In this document: positions 45,830 to 55,959 of the stretch, piece by piece
How the letters are laid out: each line of letters opens with the position of its first letter
Position numbering within the stretch: the stretch's first letter is position 1
IMG/VR virus record: IMGVR_UViG_3300020469_000044
Span: 1,334 to 65,333 of that record
Direction: 5' to 3' (one strand)
Length of the DNA: 64,000 bases
From: a virus
Taxonomy: Duplodnaviria; Caudoviricetes
Notes under the pieces: model-generated
Database searches by the model: none
The model's input: only the letters and a program-made list of their open reading frames with translations
What the model was told of the DNA's origin: nothing
Program-made: the position numbers and the translations under genes

Positions 45830-48577
45830 TTATTTTACAATTATCATATTTCTTTCGACAATATTAGTATTGCCATTAGTATCTTCAACTTCCGCTGAAA
45901 TTCTATAAGAACCCGCTTCCTTAAAGATATATGTCAACCACATATTATCATAATATATATCACGTTCTATTTGACTACTATCTTTATATATCTTCCAAAT
46001 AGGTGTCTTAATACCCGCCATTTGTGATTTATCCAACGCAAAGGTAATATGTGTCGACCTTTCGACCTCTGCACTGCCATTAATTATTCTAACAGTATCA
46101 AAGGTAGGGTTGTAATTTACATAATGTACTTCTCCTAAAACATTTCCATTTGTGAGTTCAACTGTTTCAAAATCATACGTTCTAGAATAAGCTCTACCTA
46201 CACATAACATAAATAAAAACACATCATTAATTCCATCGTTATCTGTATCTTCAAATACTGGATTGTAATTAAATTTACTTATTATAGAGTCAGTAGAATT
46301 ATTTAATTCATCAGCAATGGCTTGCCATCCCGCTATGTCTGTATTTCCACTAGGCGTTGTTGCCAATATCGTATGTGTTCCTGTTTCTGTTAAGTTTGTA
46401 GTTGGATTTAAATGAGTTAATGTTAATACGCTACCCTGTTGAATGTCATCTATTTTAAAACTAGCTGTTAAATCCATTCCAATTCTAGTAGCATTCCACC
46501 AATTATATTTCCCATCTATCCATCTAACATTTTCCATCTCATCCCATGAGTAAGGACCAGTAGTCTCGGCATATCCAGTTGGGTTAGACAAGTCAGTATC
46601 TAAATATCTTCTAACGGTACTAAATATCTTTCCTTGGTCTTCGTCTTTAATATAATTTGATCTATCCATTGTAAGGTATAAGGATTGAAAACTATCTTGT
46701 ACTTTTTGTAAATTTTCTGAAGGAATATCCCAATATCCACCGGTTTTATTCCATGCTGTTTTCCAATCTTTCCATGCATTGTTTTCTTTCCATTGATAAA
46801 TTCCATAAATTTCAAGAGGTTTTACTTTAACGTTAAAAAGATCTGATTCTTTTCTAAAGCTCATAAATCCCTGTAAATCATACATTCTAAGTTCAACTGT
46901 ATAATCTCCTTCATGTGGAACAATCATAGGAAACCTTAAAAAACCAGGATGAAAAGTTCCATCAGCTTCATAATATCCAATACTGCCTCTAAAATTTTGT
47001 GAATATCCTTTAGGACCTGTAACTACCCATTCTAATTCGTAAACATGTTGTTTCCACCAATTGTTCCAAGTAATTGTAGGATCGATAGCATCTAACCAAG
47101 TAAAATTAGCAAATTCCCATTCATGTGGAAGTGACGTACATTCTAAAATAACAGGAGCCCCAACAGGAATAGAATGTTCACCGGGAGTATCATTATTAAA
47201 AGTTTCCTTTTTATTTATATAGTAGTTATTGTAAAATGTTTCAAAATCTGACAATAAAGTTTCATAGTCTGTTTCGCTTAAATTTCCAAATTCATTTAAT
47301 TGAATAGGTTGAAAATCTACATTATCTATTAGGATTCCACTATTAGATACTAGCGCATAGTCTTCAATATAAAGTTGCTTATTTTCAGGATAGACTTTAA
47401 ATTCTACATCTTTACCTTCATTGAATGAAGCAATAGGTTGTTGATTATTCCAAACGTTTAAATTTTTCTGATCGAAATAACTGCCTTCTCCTGTAATATC
47501 TATAATTTTAGCCTGTAATGGTAGATACTCTTTTTGTAGTTTATTTTTAAGGCCATATAATTTAATTAAAATTTCTTCAGGTGTAAAGTCAAAAACTTCT
47601 TGAACATTAGGAATATCCCAATAATCAAAAGTTTCATCTGGCTCGTTTAATTTATAAACTAATGAAAACCTACTTGTTTTTTTCATTGTAGTTGAAGGCA
47701 AATTAAATTGCTTTCTTTTCTTATAGCTAAATCCTGCATTTCTATCTGGAACTGAAACTGCTTTTAGTTTTCCAAAGCTATCACTGTCTTGATTTATATT
47801 TAGCCAATATTCTTTAAGTGTAATTTTATTATAGCCAAAAAAGTCAATTGCATTTAAGACAGCTTTATAAGTTCCAATAAAAGGTTTAATGTTATGTAAT
47901 TCTAAAAGTAGCTCTTTTCTCTTTTTATTCATGAGCATCCAATCGATTCCCATTTCATTGATGTCATGTTCTTTAAAAATTATAAAATCACCGTCATCGA
48001 GCGTAGCACCTAAATTTTGCAATAGGTCTCTCATTCTTTCATCTTCACCTACAGTCTCACCATAAACTACAATTTCAGCAACTACGTGGCCATCATTATC
48101 GTCTGTAATTATTAAAGTTCTTTCATGTCTTTTTTCAAACTGAGATGAAAGAGCAATGTTAGCTTGAATAGCAGTGTTTGTGAAACCGTTTACGGTCTTT
48201 AAACCTGCGACTATAGAAACAACGTCAGTATGGTCTAACACTTGAATATTTAAACCATCTAAACTTTGCACTTTTACTACATTATCTTCTAATTGAGTTC
48301 CATATATAAAAACATCTTCACTAGAGTACCTATCTGCTTTCCAACTAAATGTAAAATTACTACCACTACTATTTGCAGAAATAGGCCTTCCATAAACAAT
48401 ATGCCCATTAGAGTCTACTAATTCTTCTAATATAAATAAATTAAAAGTCTCATATAGACCTACTGATACTTCAGGTAAATAGACAACACCATTCCACTTT
48501 TCATTAGTAGCATCATAGTCAAGATTTAATTCATTCTCAACCCCATTAAAAAACCTTAAATAAGAATATTTAGCCAT
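45830..48577 (-). CDS. baseplate wedge protein (gp7-like) with PKD/Ig-like domains
   Basis: IGTYKAVLNAIDFFGY motif; G.YTVEL and G.YRISAEVED Ig-type strands; next to gp6. Confidence 0.6.
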   Translation of the reverse strand: MAKYSYLRFFNGVENELNLDYDATNEKWNGVVYLPEVSVGLYETFNLFILEELVDSNGHIVYGRPISANSSGSNFTFSWKADRYSSEDVFIYGTQLEDNVVKVQSLDGLNIQVLDHTDVVSIVAGLKTVNGFTNTAIQANIALSSQFEKRHERTLIITDDNDGHVVAEIVVYGETVGEDERMRDLLQNLGATLDDGDFIIFKEHDINEMGIDWMLMNKKRKELLLELHNIKPFIGTYKAVLNAIDFFGYNKITLKEYWLNINQDSDSFGKLKAVSVPDRNAGFSYKKRKQFNLPSTTMKKTSRFSLVYKLNEPDETFDYWDIPNVQEVFDFTPEEILIKLYGLKNKLQKEYLPLQAKIIDITGEGSYFDQKNLNVWNNQQPIASFNEGKDVEFKVYPENKQLYIEDYALVSNSGILIDNVDFQPIQLNEFGNLSETDYETLLSDFETFYNNYYINKKETFNNDTPGEHSIPVGAPVILECTSLPHEWEFANFTWLDAIDPTITWNNWWKQHVYELEWVVTGPKGYSQNFRGSIGYYEADGTFHPGFLRFPMIVPHEGDYTVELRMYDLQGFMSFRKESDLFNVKVKPLEIYGIYQWKENNAWKDWKTAWNKTGGYWDIPSENLQKVQDSFQSLYLTMDRSNYIKDEDQGKIFSTVRRYLDTDLSNPTGYAETTGPYSWDEMENVRWIDGKYNWWNATRIGMDLTASFKIDDIQQGSVLTLTHLNPTTNLTETGTHTILATTPSGNTDIAGWQAIADELNNSTDSIISKFNYNPVFEDTDNDGINDVFLFMLCVGRAYSRTYDFETVELTNGNVLGEVHYVNYNPTFDTVRIINGSAEVERSTHITFALDKSQMAGIKTPIWKIYKDSSQIERDIYYDNMWLTYIFKEAGSYRISAEVEDTNGNTNIVERNMIIVK

Positions 48578-48846
48578 TATCTTATGTTTTTATCATCTTT
48601 ACTTGATGTGTAATTTTTCCAATTTTTCATTATTCTAATTTGCTTAGTAGTGTTATAAAAATAATCAGTACAAAACTGTATAAAATCTAACATCGTTTGA
48701 TTTCTAACAATATGTCTAGATATTCTATTTGTTATCATATCATTTTTATAATTATAGCCTAATCCTTTTTTATCATCTTTCGCTGTTTTTCTAGCATCAT
48801 AGATCTTTTCTCTTTTGTACCTATATAAATCGTCGTATAGTCCCAT
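48577..48846 (-). CDS. small baseplate-associated hypothetical protein
   Basis: 89 aa, TAATG-coupled between the wedge genes. Confidence 0.65.
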   Translation of the reverse strand: MGLYDDLYRYKREKIYDARKTAKDDKKGLGYNYKNDMITNRISRHIVRNQTMLDFIQFCTDYFYNTTKQIRIMKNWKNYTSSKDDKNIR

Positions 48847-50699
48847 TATCTTGCTTTTCTATTTCCTGCCTGAACTCTACTATAAATCGTTCTTGGCACC
48901 GGAGGGTTATCAAAATATAAAGACAATGAAGCCATTTCTCCAATTGCTGGCTCATCTTTTACTAAGTCTCCGTTTCTATCTTCCCATCCACCTCTAAATA
49001 TTGCAACCTCTTGTTTATCTAAAATAATATCACCATATTTATCAAGTCCTATTTTATTATACCAATCCTTTATTGCCTGTTCTCCAGTTACCGGTACTAA
49101 TAATTCAGGATTGTCTAAGGTTATTTTTTTAGTTTCTTCAGTTCTCTTAAAAAATACAAGTCTTTTTTGATCGCCATCTGCTCCTTCTAATTCTGGAGTT
49201 GAAGGAGTCACAGTCACTTGATTATAAGTATAATATCCATCTTTTCTTGCCTGTTCCTCAATACTTGATACGAATTGTACATTTACGGCATCTACGCCTT
49301 CAATTGCTTCTATGATTGCAATAATATCACTTTTAGGTAATTTATCTCTACGTATAATTTTTATTAAATAATTTGAGATCGCAGCTCTAATATCATTAAA
49401 AATATCTTGTTGCTTAAAACCTTCAAACCATCTAATTGAAATATCCATCCTATACTTAACTGCTTCTGGCTGTACAAAGATTGCTTCACTTGTAACCATT
49501 TGCTGACCGCTATCTTCAATTACACCAAGCATTCTATCAGTCTCATCTTTACCAAAGAAAAACTCACTTTCATTAACTGAAAAATAGTCAGTTCCACTTA
49601 ATAATCTTTTTTCTAAATCTGGAATTGCAAAAATATAAATTACATTGTCATCATCTAAATAACCATCACTTGTAGTATTGTATGCATCTAAATAACTGAA
49701 TTGTGCATATCTACTTAAAAAATATTCATAAGCATCTGGGTTTGCAAGTACAAAACTTTTACTTGCTAAAGGCGCCATTAACTTTGTGAATTCAGGCGTT
49801 TCAGGATTTGCACCCATAAAAGGAGATGTAGAAGTTTCAGTTTCTAATAATTCATTTAAATCATGTGTTTCACCAGTAGAATCTTTACCTTCACCAATCC
49901 ATTTAAATGTTAAGTCTCCTGCTTGATTTAAGTTACCTTCTGCTCCATCACATTTAATATATTCAACCTCAATTGCAGCTCCATTTACTGGTATAATACC
50001 AAAATTACCAGTTCCAAAATAAACGTCTAAACCGCCGCTAATTCCAGTTTTTATTAAATAACCCTTATCACTTGCTAACATTTCATAAAGGCTATTATAC
50101 TTTCTCCATTGTTCGCCGTTGACACTTACTTTTACTAAATTATGATCTGTTGTACCCTTTGTTTGAATATTAAAACTTTGCATGCTTTCTCCATTACTTG
50201 TAAGAGTTTGCATTTCAAGTTTGCCTTGTATAATATTTGCTCTAACCCAATCATTACTACTTTTTGGTAATAAAAACTCATCTTTATCTGTTCTTAAAAA
50301 ATAAGTTAAACCATTATTGTCATAGGCTATTTCAGTATTAGGATCAATAATTAAATTACTACCTGCAACATCGTCACCTGCACCTGGCTTCCATCTAAAG
50401 CGTATTTCACCAGTTGCTGCGAAGCCTCTAGTTGCGTCATGCCCAGCAAGTCTTGCAAGTCCATGAATTGACTCAGGCTGTTGAGCTGTATAAATATTCT
50501 GTTCAACGGTAGAGTCCTCTATATAGAACAAGAGCATCTCATTCATTTCGGCCATTACCTCAAGAATTTGAGAAAATGGACTTGCCGTTGTAAAATAGTT
50601 TCCGGCTTTCTTATAAACTCTACTTAAATAAGACCTTGTATCAGATACAATGTCTCCTGCAGTAGCTCTAGCCTTATCTAAAAATTTAAAATCTGCCAT
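48846..50699 (-). CDS. gp6: baseplate wedge subunit (T4 gp6 / baseplate J-like)
   Basis: TAQQPESIHGLARLAGH, VYFGTG.FG..P, VEYI..DG..GN, IEAIEGVD. Confidence 0.85.
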   Translation of the reverse strand: MADFKFLDKARATAGDIVSDTRSYLSRVYKKAGNYFTTASPFSQILEVMAEMNEMLLFYIEDSTVEQNIYTAQQPESIHGLARLAGHDATRGFAATGEIRFRWKPGAGDDVAGSNLIIDPNTEIAYDNNGLTYFLRTDKDEFLLPKSSNDWVRANIIQGKLEMQTLTSNGESMQSFNIQTKGTTDHNLVKVSVNGEQWRKYNSLYEMLASDKGYLIKTGISGGLDVYFGTGNFGIIPVNGAAIEVEYIKCDGAEGNLNQAGDLTFKWIGEGKDSTGETHDLNELLETETSTSPFMGANPETPEFTKLMAPLASKSFVLANPDAYEYFLSRYAQFSYLDAYNTTSDGYLDDDNVIYIFAIPDLEKRLLSGTDYFSVNESEFFFGKDETDRMLGVIEDSGQQMVTSEAIFVQPEAVKYRMDISIRWFEGFKQQDIFNDIRAAISNYLIKIIRRDKLPKSDIIAIIEAIEGVDAVNVQFVSSIEEQARKDGYYTYNQVTVTPSTPELEGADGDQKRLVFFKRTEETKKITLDNPELLVPVTGEQAIKDWYNKIGLDKYGDIILDKQEVAIFRGGWEDRNGDLVKDEPAIGEMASLSLYFDNPPVPRTIYSRVQAGNRKAR

Positions 50700-50710
50700 T
50701 CTTTAATCTT

Positions 50711-51067
50711 TTAATTTACATAAACACCAACTAAATATTTAGTGTCTACTTCTATGTTTATTTGAGCAATATCTCTAACCTTTCCTTTTGTAAATTCAAC
50801 ATCAACTTTAGTGCCATATTTATTTGCAAGTGGACAGTATATTTCTATTTGGTCTTCTATTGCTTTTTTAACTTCAAACTCATTAAAATTAAAACTGTAT
50901 ATCATTTTTTCAAGGTCTCCTCCAAATTGACTATCCCCTAAAACATCTCCTTTGTTTGTAAAAAGAAGAGTCTCAATTTGAATTAAAAGTTGGCTTAATT
51001 CATTTTCAACATCAACTCCTTTCGGATCAAAGTTAGGATCACCTATCGTCTTTATATATAGTTCCAT
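50711..51067 (-). CDS. gp25: baseplate wedge subunit gp25-like
   Basis: LLFTNKGDVLGDSQFGGDL motif. Confidence 0.85.
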   Translation of the reverse strand: MELYIKTIGDPNFDPKGVDVENELSQLLIQIETLLFTNKGDVLGDSQFGGDLEKMIYSFNFNEFEVKKAIEDQIEIYCPLANKYGTKVDVEFTKGKVRDIAQINIEVDTKYLVGVYVN

Positions 51068-51086
51068 TAATTATTTATCTATATTT

Positions 51087-51932
51087 TTATGAGTGCATCA
51101 TCCAATCTACACCTTCATCACCTTTAATTTCTTCAAGTACCCTTTCCATTTCTTCATCTCCCATTGATTTAATACCATCATAGTCTATTTCAACTCCTCC
51201 TGGTAAAGAGAATTTAAAGACTCCTAATTTAGCACCAACCGCTTGTTTTACTTTAGCTGCAACATATCTAAAAAATATTTCATCATTATATAATGCACAG
51301 TTTTCAATACTTTCATAACACTCAATTATTACATCACCTTTAGGAGTATCTCCCATAAATTTAAGCTGACCTGTTAGTTGTGAATAGTGAAAACTCAAAG
51401 GGTTTTCTAGGATTTGACGAGCCATATCAAAATAACTTTGGTTAATTACATAATATTGAAGTTCTTCTGCAGATTCAGCTGCTCCTGTTCCTGCAAATGA
51501 ATTACTAAAAAACATTTTTTCAATATTAAAATCAGCACCGCCTGCAAATCTTAAATCTAATCCACTTCCACCTGTATTCCAACCAGATGCAAGGTCATAC
51601 ACTCCATATATTGAAAAGACTTCACCAGCACCTGATGTTGCATTTTCCTTTGGAAAGTTTAAAGTTCTAGTTGTCTTAAAACTTTGACTACTAAAAACTC
51701 CATTAGGTACATGAAAATAGTTTTCTCTAAGACTATATTCATAATTTTTCCTGAACCATTTTACTGCTCTTTTTATAATGTTTATTATTTCAGCTTGTGG
51801 CAAATTAAGAGGTACCATACATGCACCTGTTATTTCTGAACCTACTTCATTTAAAAATTCAGTTAAACAGTCTGTGCCATAATCTCTACCTTGACTTAAA
51901 TCTATATTGTCGCCGCTTCTAATATCACTCAT
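51087..51932 (-). CDS. gp13: neck protein gp13-like
   Basis: RYVAAKVK...G.KLG.F..SLPGGVEIDY..I...G.EE. Confidence 0.8.
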   Translation of the reverse strand: MSDIRSGDNIDLSQGRDYGTDCLTEFLNEVGSEITGACMVPLNLPQAEIINIIKRAVKWFRKNYEYSLRENYFHVPNGVFSSQSFKTTRTLNFPKENATSGAGEVFSIYGVYDLASGWNTGGSGLDLRFAGGADFNIEKMFFSNSFAGTGAAESAEELQYYVINQSYFDMARQILENPLSFHYSQLTGQLKFMGDTPKGDVIIECYESIENCALYNDEIFFRYVAAKVKQAVGAKLGVFKFSLPGGVEIDYDGIKSMGDEEMERVLEEIKGDEGVDWMMHS

Positions 51933-51935
51933 TTT

Positions 51936-53249
51936 TTAATTAATTTTTTTACTTGTTATTATTTCAGTACCATCAAACTCTGCCTCTTTGCTTATTTGAC
52001 CATGTCTAAATATTCCTCCAATCATTTTACCTTTAAACACAGAGTCCCACTGAAACACATAACTATTTTTAACTTCACACGTTTGATTAGTGTAACATGA
52101 TTCAACCTTAGAATCTTCTACTTTAGTTCCTTGATACAAATTACATCTTTTTAAGCTTCCGGTTTTTATTTGACATCTAAAAAAGTCACAAAAGGTTAAA
52201 GAACCTGAAAGCTCACAATCTATAAAATCATAATTATGTAAATCAAAACAATATTGCAATTTACCATTTCTTACTTGTACTCTACTTAAATCACTATCAT
52301 AATTAATGTCTCCTTCTACTAAACCACCGTGACTAATTAGTCTTAAGACCTCCATTAATATTTTAGGCCAATACATATCTATTATTTTTTTATCATTTTT
52401 TAAATCAACATATAAATTAATTTCAGGATAATATTCTTTTAATTTATTCCAGTCTTTTAATATTTCTGTAAACTTGTGATTTTTATTTAAAATTCTTTTT
52501 AATTCTATTAAGTTTAAGTCAGTGTACTTTTGTTGATTTGCAATTGACCATGTTTGTAAAATAAAACGATCCAATAAATATAAAATATTAGTTGTCTTTT
52601 TTTCATAATCTTTACCACCAATATATCTAAATTCTAAATAACCTTGTTGTAATTTTTGAAAGTTTATACCATAATATTTTTCAACAGCAAAGTGAAAGAC
52701 ATGTGGGTTTATATTTTGACCTTCATAATAATTGTGGTCTATTTTAGGCATTATCCACTTTATGGATTTAGCATAAACACTATCCTTTCTATTATTAAAT
52801 AATTTATAAATTTCAGTCTCATTAAATCCTAAAATAAATTTAAGAGGGTCCATTTTAGAAATAAGACCTTTATTGCCTGTTTTTTTAGTATCAAAACTTA
52901 CGTTTAAATGAATAGAACTTTTTTCAGTGGTGTAACCATTTTTTTGAATCCAGCCTAATACCTTTATTATAGTATTTCTTGCAACGCTATAAGGAATAGG
53001 AGCAGTAATAAGTTCTATGAGACCTTTACCTCCACTCATATCAGGTTCCATTTTATATTCATCTTTAGTCGGAATAAAGTCACTATGTGCCTTACCTTCT
53101 AATCTGATTTTTTTACCTAGTAATATGGAAACCTCTTTTTTAACATCTTCAAGCTCTTTATCAGAATAAAATTCAAATTCTATTCCTACAAGAGAGTCTT
53201 GTAAAATGCTTTCTTTACCTTTTTGCTTTGTAATTTGATACGTTAACAT
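51936..53249 (-). CDS. putative amidoligase (COOH-NH2 ligase) with C-terminal beta-helix-like repeats
   Basis: GIEFEF, IELIT, HLNVS, KYYGIN, YLEFRYIGG; GATATATAA at 53272-53280. Confidence 0.75.
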   Translation of the reverse strand: MLTYQITKQKGKESILQDSLVGIEFEFYSDKELEDVKKEVSILLGKKIRLEGKAHSDFIPTKDEYKMEPDMSGGKGLIELITAPIPYSVARNTIIKVLGWIQKNGYTTEKSSIHLNVSFDTKKTGNKGLISKMDPLKFILGFNETEIYKLFNNRKDSVYAKSIKWIMPKIDHNYYEGQNINPHVFHFAVEKYYGINFQKLQQGYLEFRYIGGKDYEKKTTNILYLLDRFILQTWSIANQQKYTDLNLIELKRILNKNHKFTEILKDWNKLKEYYPEINLYVDLKNDKKIIDMYWPKILMEVLRLISHGGLVEGDINYDSDLSRVQVRNGKLQYCFDLHNYDFIDCELSGSLTFCDFFRCQIKTGSLKRCNLYQGTKVEDSKVESCYTNQTCEVKNSYVFQWDSVFKGKMIGGIFRHGQISKEAEFDGTEIITSKKIN

Positions 53250-53300
53250 GTAATATTAAATAATTATTTATTTATATATCACATTTATTTATTACCTAAC

Positions 53301-54500
53301 TTACTCCTTAGGTAACTTTAAGAATATCTTTTTAGTCTCTTCTTCTATTTTTGTAATTAAAACATCAATCTCTTGTTTAGGTTTATATGTTTTTATTTTA
53401 TCTTCACCTATTTCACTGACATGTAATAACCCTACAACTCCAGTTTCTAGTTCAATAAATAACCCATAATCTTTACACGTTTTAACAGTAGCCTTTACTT
53501 TAGAAGGTACTTTATACTTTTTATTAATTTCTAACCACGGATTTATTTCAACATCGTCTCTTTGAGTTAATGTAATTTTAGTTTCAGAAATAATATCTTT
53601 AACTTTAAATTTAATTTCCTCTCCGGGTTGAATTTCTCTTTTCTTATGTTTAGCTAATGTATCGCCGTCTAAATCATTTATATGGATCATTCCAGTAAGG
53701 CATTGATTAAATTCACAAAATACACCATATTTAGCAGAGCCAGTAACTGTTCCTACTATGTCTTGCATTAAGTTTTCTTTAAGTGTTTCAATAGCTTCAG
53801 GAATTAAAGTTTTAAGATATGCTCTATGAGAAACTACCATTATTTTTCTTTCTTTAGAAAAACTAACAGGTACTACATAAATCTCTTCATTAACTATACT
53901 TTCGAAGTTATGTAATTTATTAATACCAGCTAAACTACCTGGCATAAAACAATCGATGCCGTTAACCGTAATCATATAACCTGCATCTTCTAACATTCTT
54001 TTAACTTTTCCTATCCAAGCAGTACTTTGATCCTCTATCGCGTTTAACATTTCTTGAAAAGTAGCACGTTTAGTTCCTTCACTAACACTTCCAAAAATAG
54101 GTTTACTATCATTTAATAAAGAAGTAATTATCACATTAACCTCATCTCCAGGTTGTATGTTTTTAAATTCACCTTCTTCTTTTGAAAGATTCACATAAAT
54201 TAATTGTCTATACCCTACATCTATACTTGCAGTACCGTCAGTAACCGCATATACTTTTCCAGAGTATGCAGACCCGTATTCAACCTTAGTAATAATATCA
54301 TGCTCTTCAATATGTCCAATCATTCTATTATAAGTTTCTTGGGCATATGGCTCTCTACTGTATACTTTATGTTTAGGGTCTTTAACTTTTACGTGAGGGT
54401 TTGGTGTTCTTAGAACTTTTGGGCAAGTAGCTTCATAGCCATCCCAATCGAAGTTTCCATCTGAATCAAAGAAGTCTTCGTTTGATTTTAATACTATCAT
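53301..54500 (-). CDS. rpsA: ribosomal protein S1-like protein (about 4 S1 domains)
   Basis: GIDCFMPGSL, VVSHRAYL, GTVTG..KYGVF, GMIHINDL, DYGLFIEL..GVVGLLHVSEI; GATATATAA at 54531-54539. Confidence 0.85.
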   Translation of the reverse strand: MIVLKSNEDFFDSDGNFDWDGYEATCPKVLRTPNPHVKVKDPKHKVYSREPYAQETYNRMIGHIEEHDIITKVEYGSAYSGKVYAVTDGTASIDVGYRQLIYVNLSKEEGEFKNIQPGDEVNVIITSLLNDSKPIFGSVSEGTKRATFQEMLNAIEDQSTAWIGKVKRMLEDAGYMITVNGIDCFMPGSLAGINKLHNFESIVNEEIYVVPVSFSKERKIMVVSHRAYLKTLIPEAIETLKENLMQDIVGTVTGSAKYGVFCEFNQCLTGMIHINDLDGDTLAKHKKREIQPGEEIKFKVKDIISETKITLTQRDDVEINPWLEINKKYKVPSKVKATVKTCKDYGLFIELETGVVGLLHVSEIGEDKIKTYKPKQEIDVLITKIEEETKKIFLKLPKE

Positions 54501-54546
54501 TTTTATTTTTTTAAAGGTTAAACTTATGAATTATATATCTATTAAA

Positions 54547-55071
54547 TTATTCTATCTTGACAGCTGGCGGAAGTATAGGCGTACCTGGTAAATCAGCAGC
54601 AGGTTGTTGACCAGTTGGAGTTGCCTGTGTTACAGGTATAATATCTCTAGTAACATCCGGGTGAACATCAATTGTAATATCAGCTCTCTTAATTTGATCG
54701 TTAATTTCTTTAGCTAAATCTGGCATCACATCTTTTTCAAGCCAATCTATTATATTTTCAGAAAGTTCTTTTGACATTTGTCTTGAAAACTCTCTCCACA
54801 TTTCTTTTTTAATTTTTTCAATAGATTCTCCAGGAGCAGGTCTATTTAAAGTCACATAATCATCTACTTCTTTTAAGGCGTTGTATATACCAGCCGGCGG
54901 AGATATTAATTGATCAGCCTTATGCTCTATTTTAGTTGAGTCAGGTGGAAATTTGTCATCTCTAAGAATACTTTCACCTCCCTCTATTCTTAACCTAAGA
55001 GCCGTTCTTTTTATAATACTTCCAAATATTTGTTTTAATCTTGCTTCTAATTCTAAATCTATTAATGCCAT
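54547..55071 (-). CDS. hypothetical protein downstream of the spike gene
   Basis: 174-aa ORF with a Pro-rich C-terminus. Confidence 0.65.
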   Translation of the reverse strand: MALIDLELEARLKQIFGSIIKRTALRLRIEGGESILRDDKFPPDSTKIEHKADQLISPPAGIYNALKEVDDYVTLNRPAPGESIEKIKKEMWREFSRQMSKELSENIIDWLEKDVMPDLAKEINDQIKRADITIDVHPDVTRDIIPVTQATPTGQQPAADLPGTPILPPAVKIE

Positions 55072-55073
55072 TT

Positions 55074-55796
55074 TTATTCTGTTTTACTAATTTTACTTAA
55101 TTCTGTTCCTGATAGAGGTACCGTCGGAGGTGTTGTAGGAATTCCTAAATTTCCAAGGTGTGTATGTGTATTAAATAATGCTTGAAAGGTATTTCCTTTA
55201 ATTACTTGTTCAAGTGCTATTTCACCAAGCTCAACCTTTGGGCTATTAACATGTACCTTTTTACCTTTAACCTCTACATCGCCATCGGTAAATACCTCAA
55301 CCTTACCTTCTTGATCAGTGTGGATATGTATTTCACCAGTTTGTTTTACATTTATAAAAGGCTCTGTTTTAATTCCATCACCCATTGAAACTATTAAACC
55401 TTCATTCGGTTCATAATAGATTCTAAATTTATTATCAACATCATAAACAATTGATTGAGCTTTAACAGCTTCCTCAGCGCCTAGCGCTTCTAATATTTCT
55501 GTTTTAAATGTATTTCTATCATTACTGTTAATTGTATAAGTATATTCTGGATGGTAAATATCTCCATTGTCAAATTTAATAGAAACAATATCTCCTAATT
55601 TTGGAGTAGAATAAGTCCCTATCATATTACTATTCGACGACGTTGCCCAGGGAATAGATTCGGTTGGTATTTTATCAAACTTACCGTATACCATTACCCT
55701 ACACCTACCTTGAAACAAAGGGTCTGCGTTATCTACAACTTTTCCAAGCCAGTGGGTGTCTCTTAAATTATCTTTATATAATTCTTCAGGTTTCAT
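55074..55796 (-). CDS. baseplate central spike (gp5 OB-fold / gpV-like)
   Basis: GKVVDNADPLFQGRCRV..IPWA, P..GD.V...F..GD...P, beta-helix, C-terminal HTH metal site; no lysozyme domain. Confidence 0.85.
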   Translation of the reverse strand: MKPEELYKDNLRDTHWLGKVVDNADPLFQGRCRVMVYGKFDKIPTESIPWATSSNSNMIGTYSTPKLGDIVSIKFDNGDIYHPEYTYTINSNDRNTFKTEILEALGAEEAVKAQSIVYDVDNKFRIYYEPNEGLIVSMGDGIKTEPFINVKQTGEIHIHTDQEGKVEVFTDGDVEVKGKKVHVNSPKVELGEIALEQVIKGNTFQALFNTHTHLGNLGIPTTPPTVPLSGTELSKISKTE

Positions 55797-55812
55797 ATAT
55801 TATATATCGCGA

Positions 55813-55959
55813 TTAATCTTCTTCCCAGGTTTTAAGTACTTCTTCGATTTCTGCTTTATAGTTTGAGTAAAATTGCAAATCTTCAAGGGATTCCATTATT
55901 TCTCCGCTTATAATTCTTTTTGCAAAATCTCTTATTTTAAGATTGATTTCTGATTCCAT
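55813..55959 (-). CDS. small hypothetical protein (48 aa)
   Basis: Read by hand: MESEINLKIRDFAKRIISGEIMESLEDLQFYSNYKAEIEEVLKTWEED*; TAATG-coupled. Confidence 0.6.
   Translation of the reverse strand: MESEINLKIRDFAKRIISGEIMESLEDLQFYSNYKAEIEEVLKTWEED

Noticed and set aside
23164-46815. Nested minus-strand ORFs 23164-23349 and 46600-46815
   Set aside because: Alternative-frame ORFs inside uvsW and the wedge gene, with no start context or motif support
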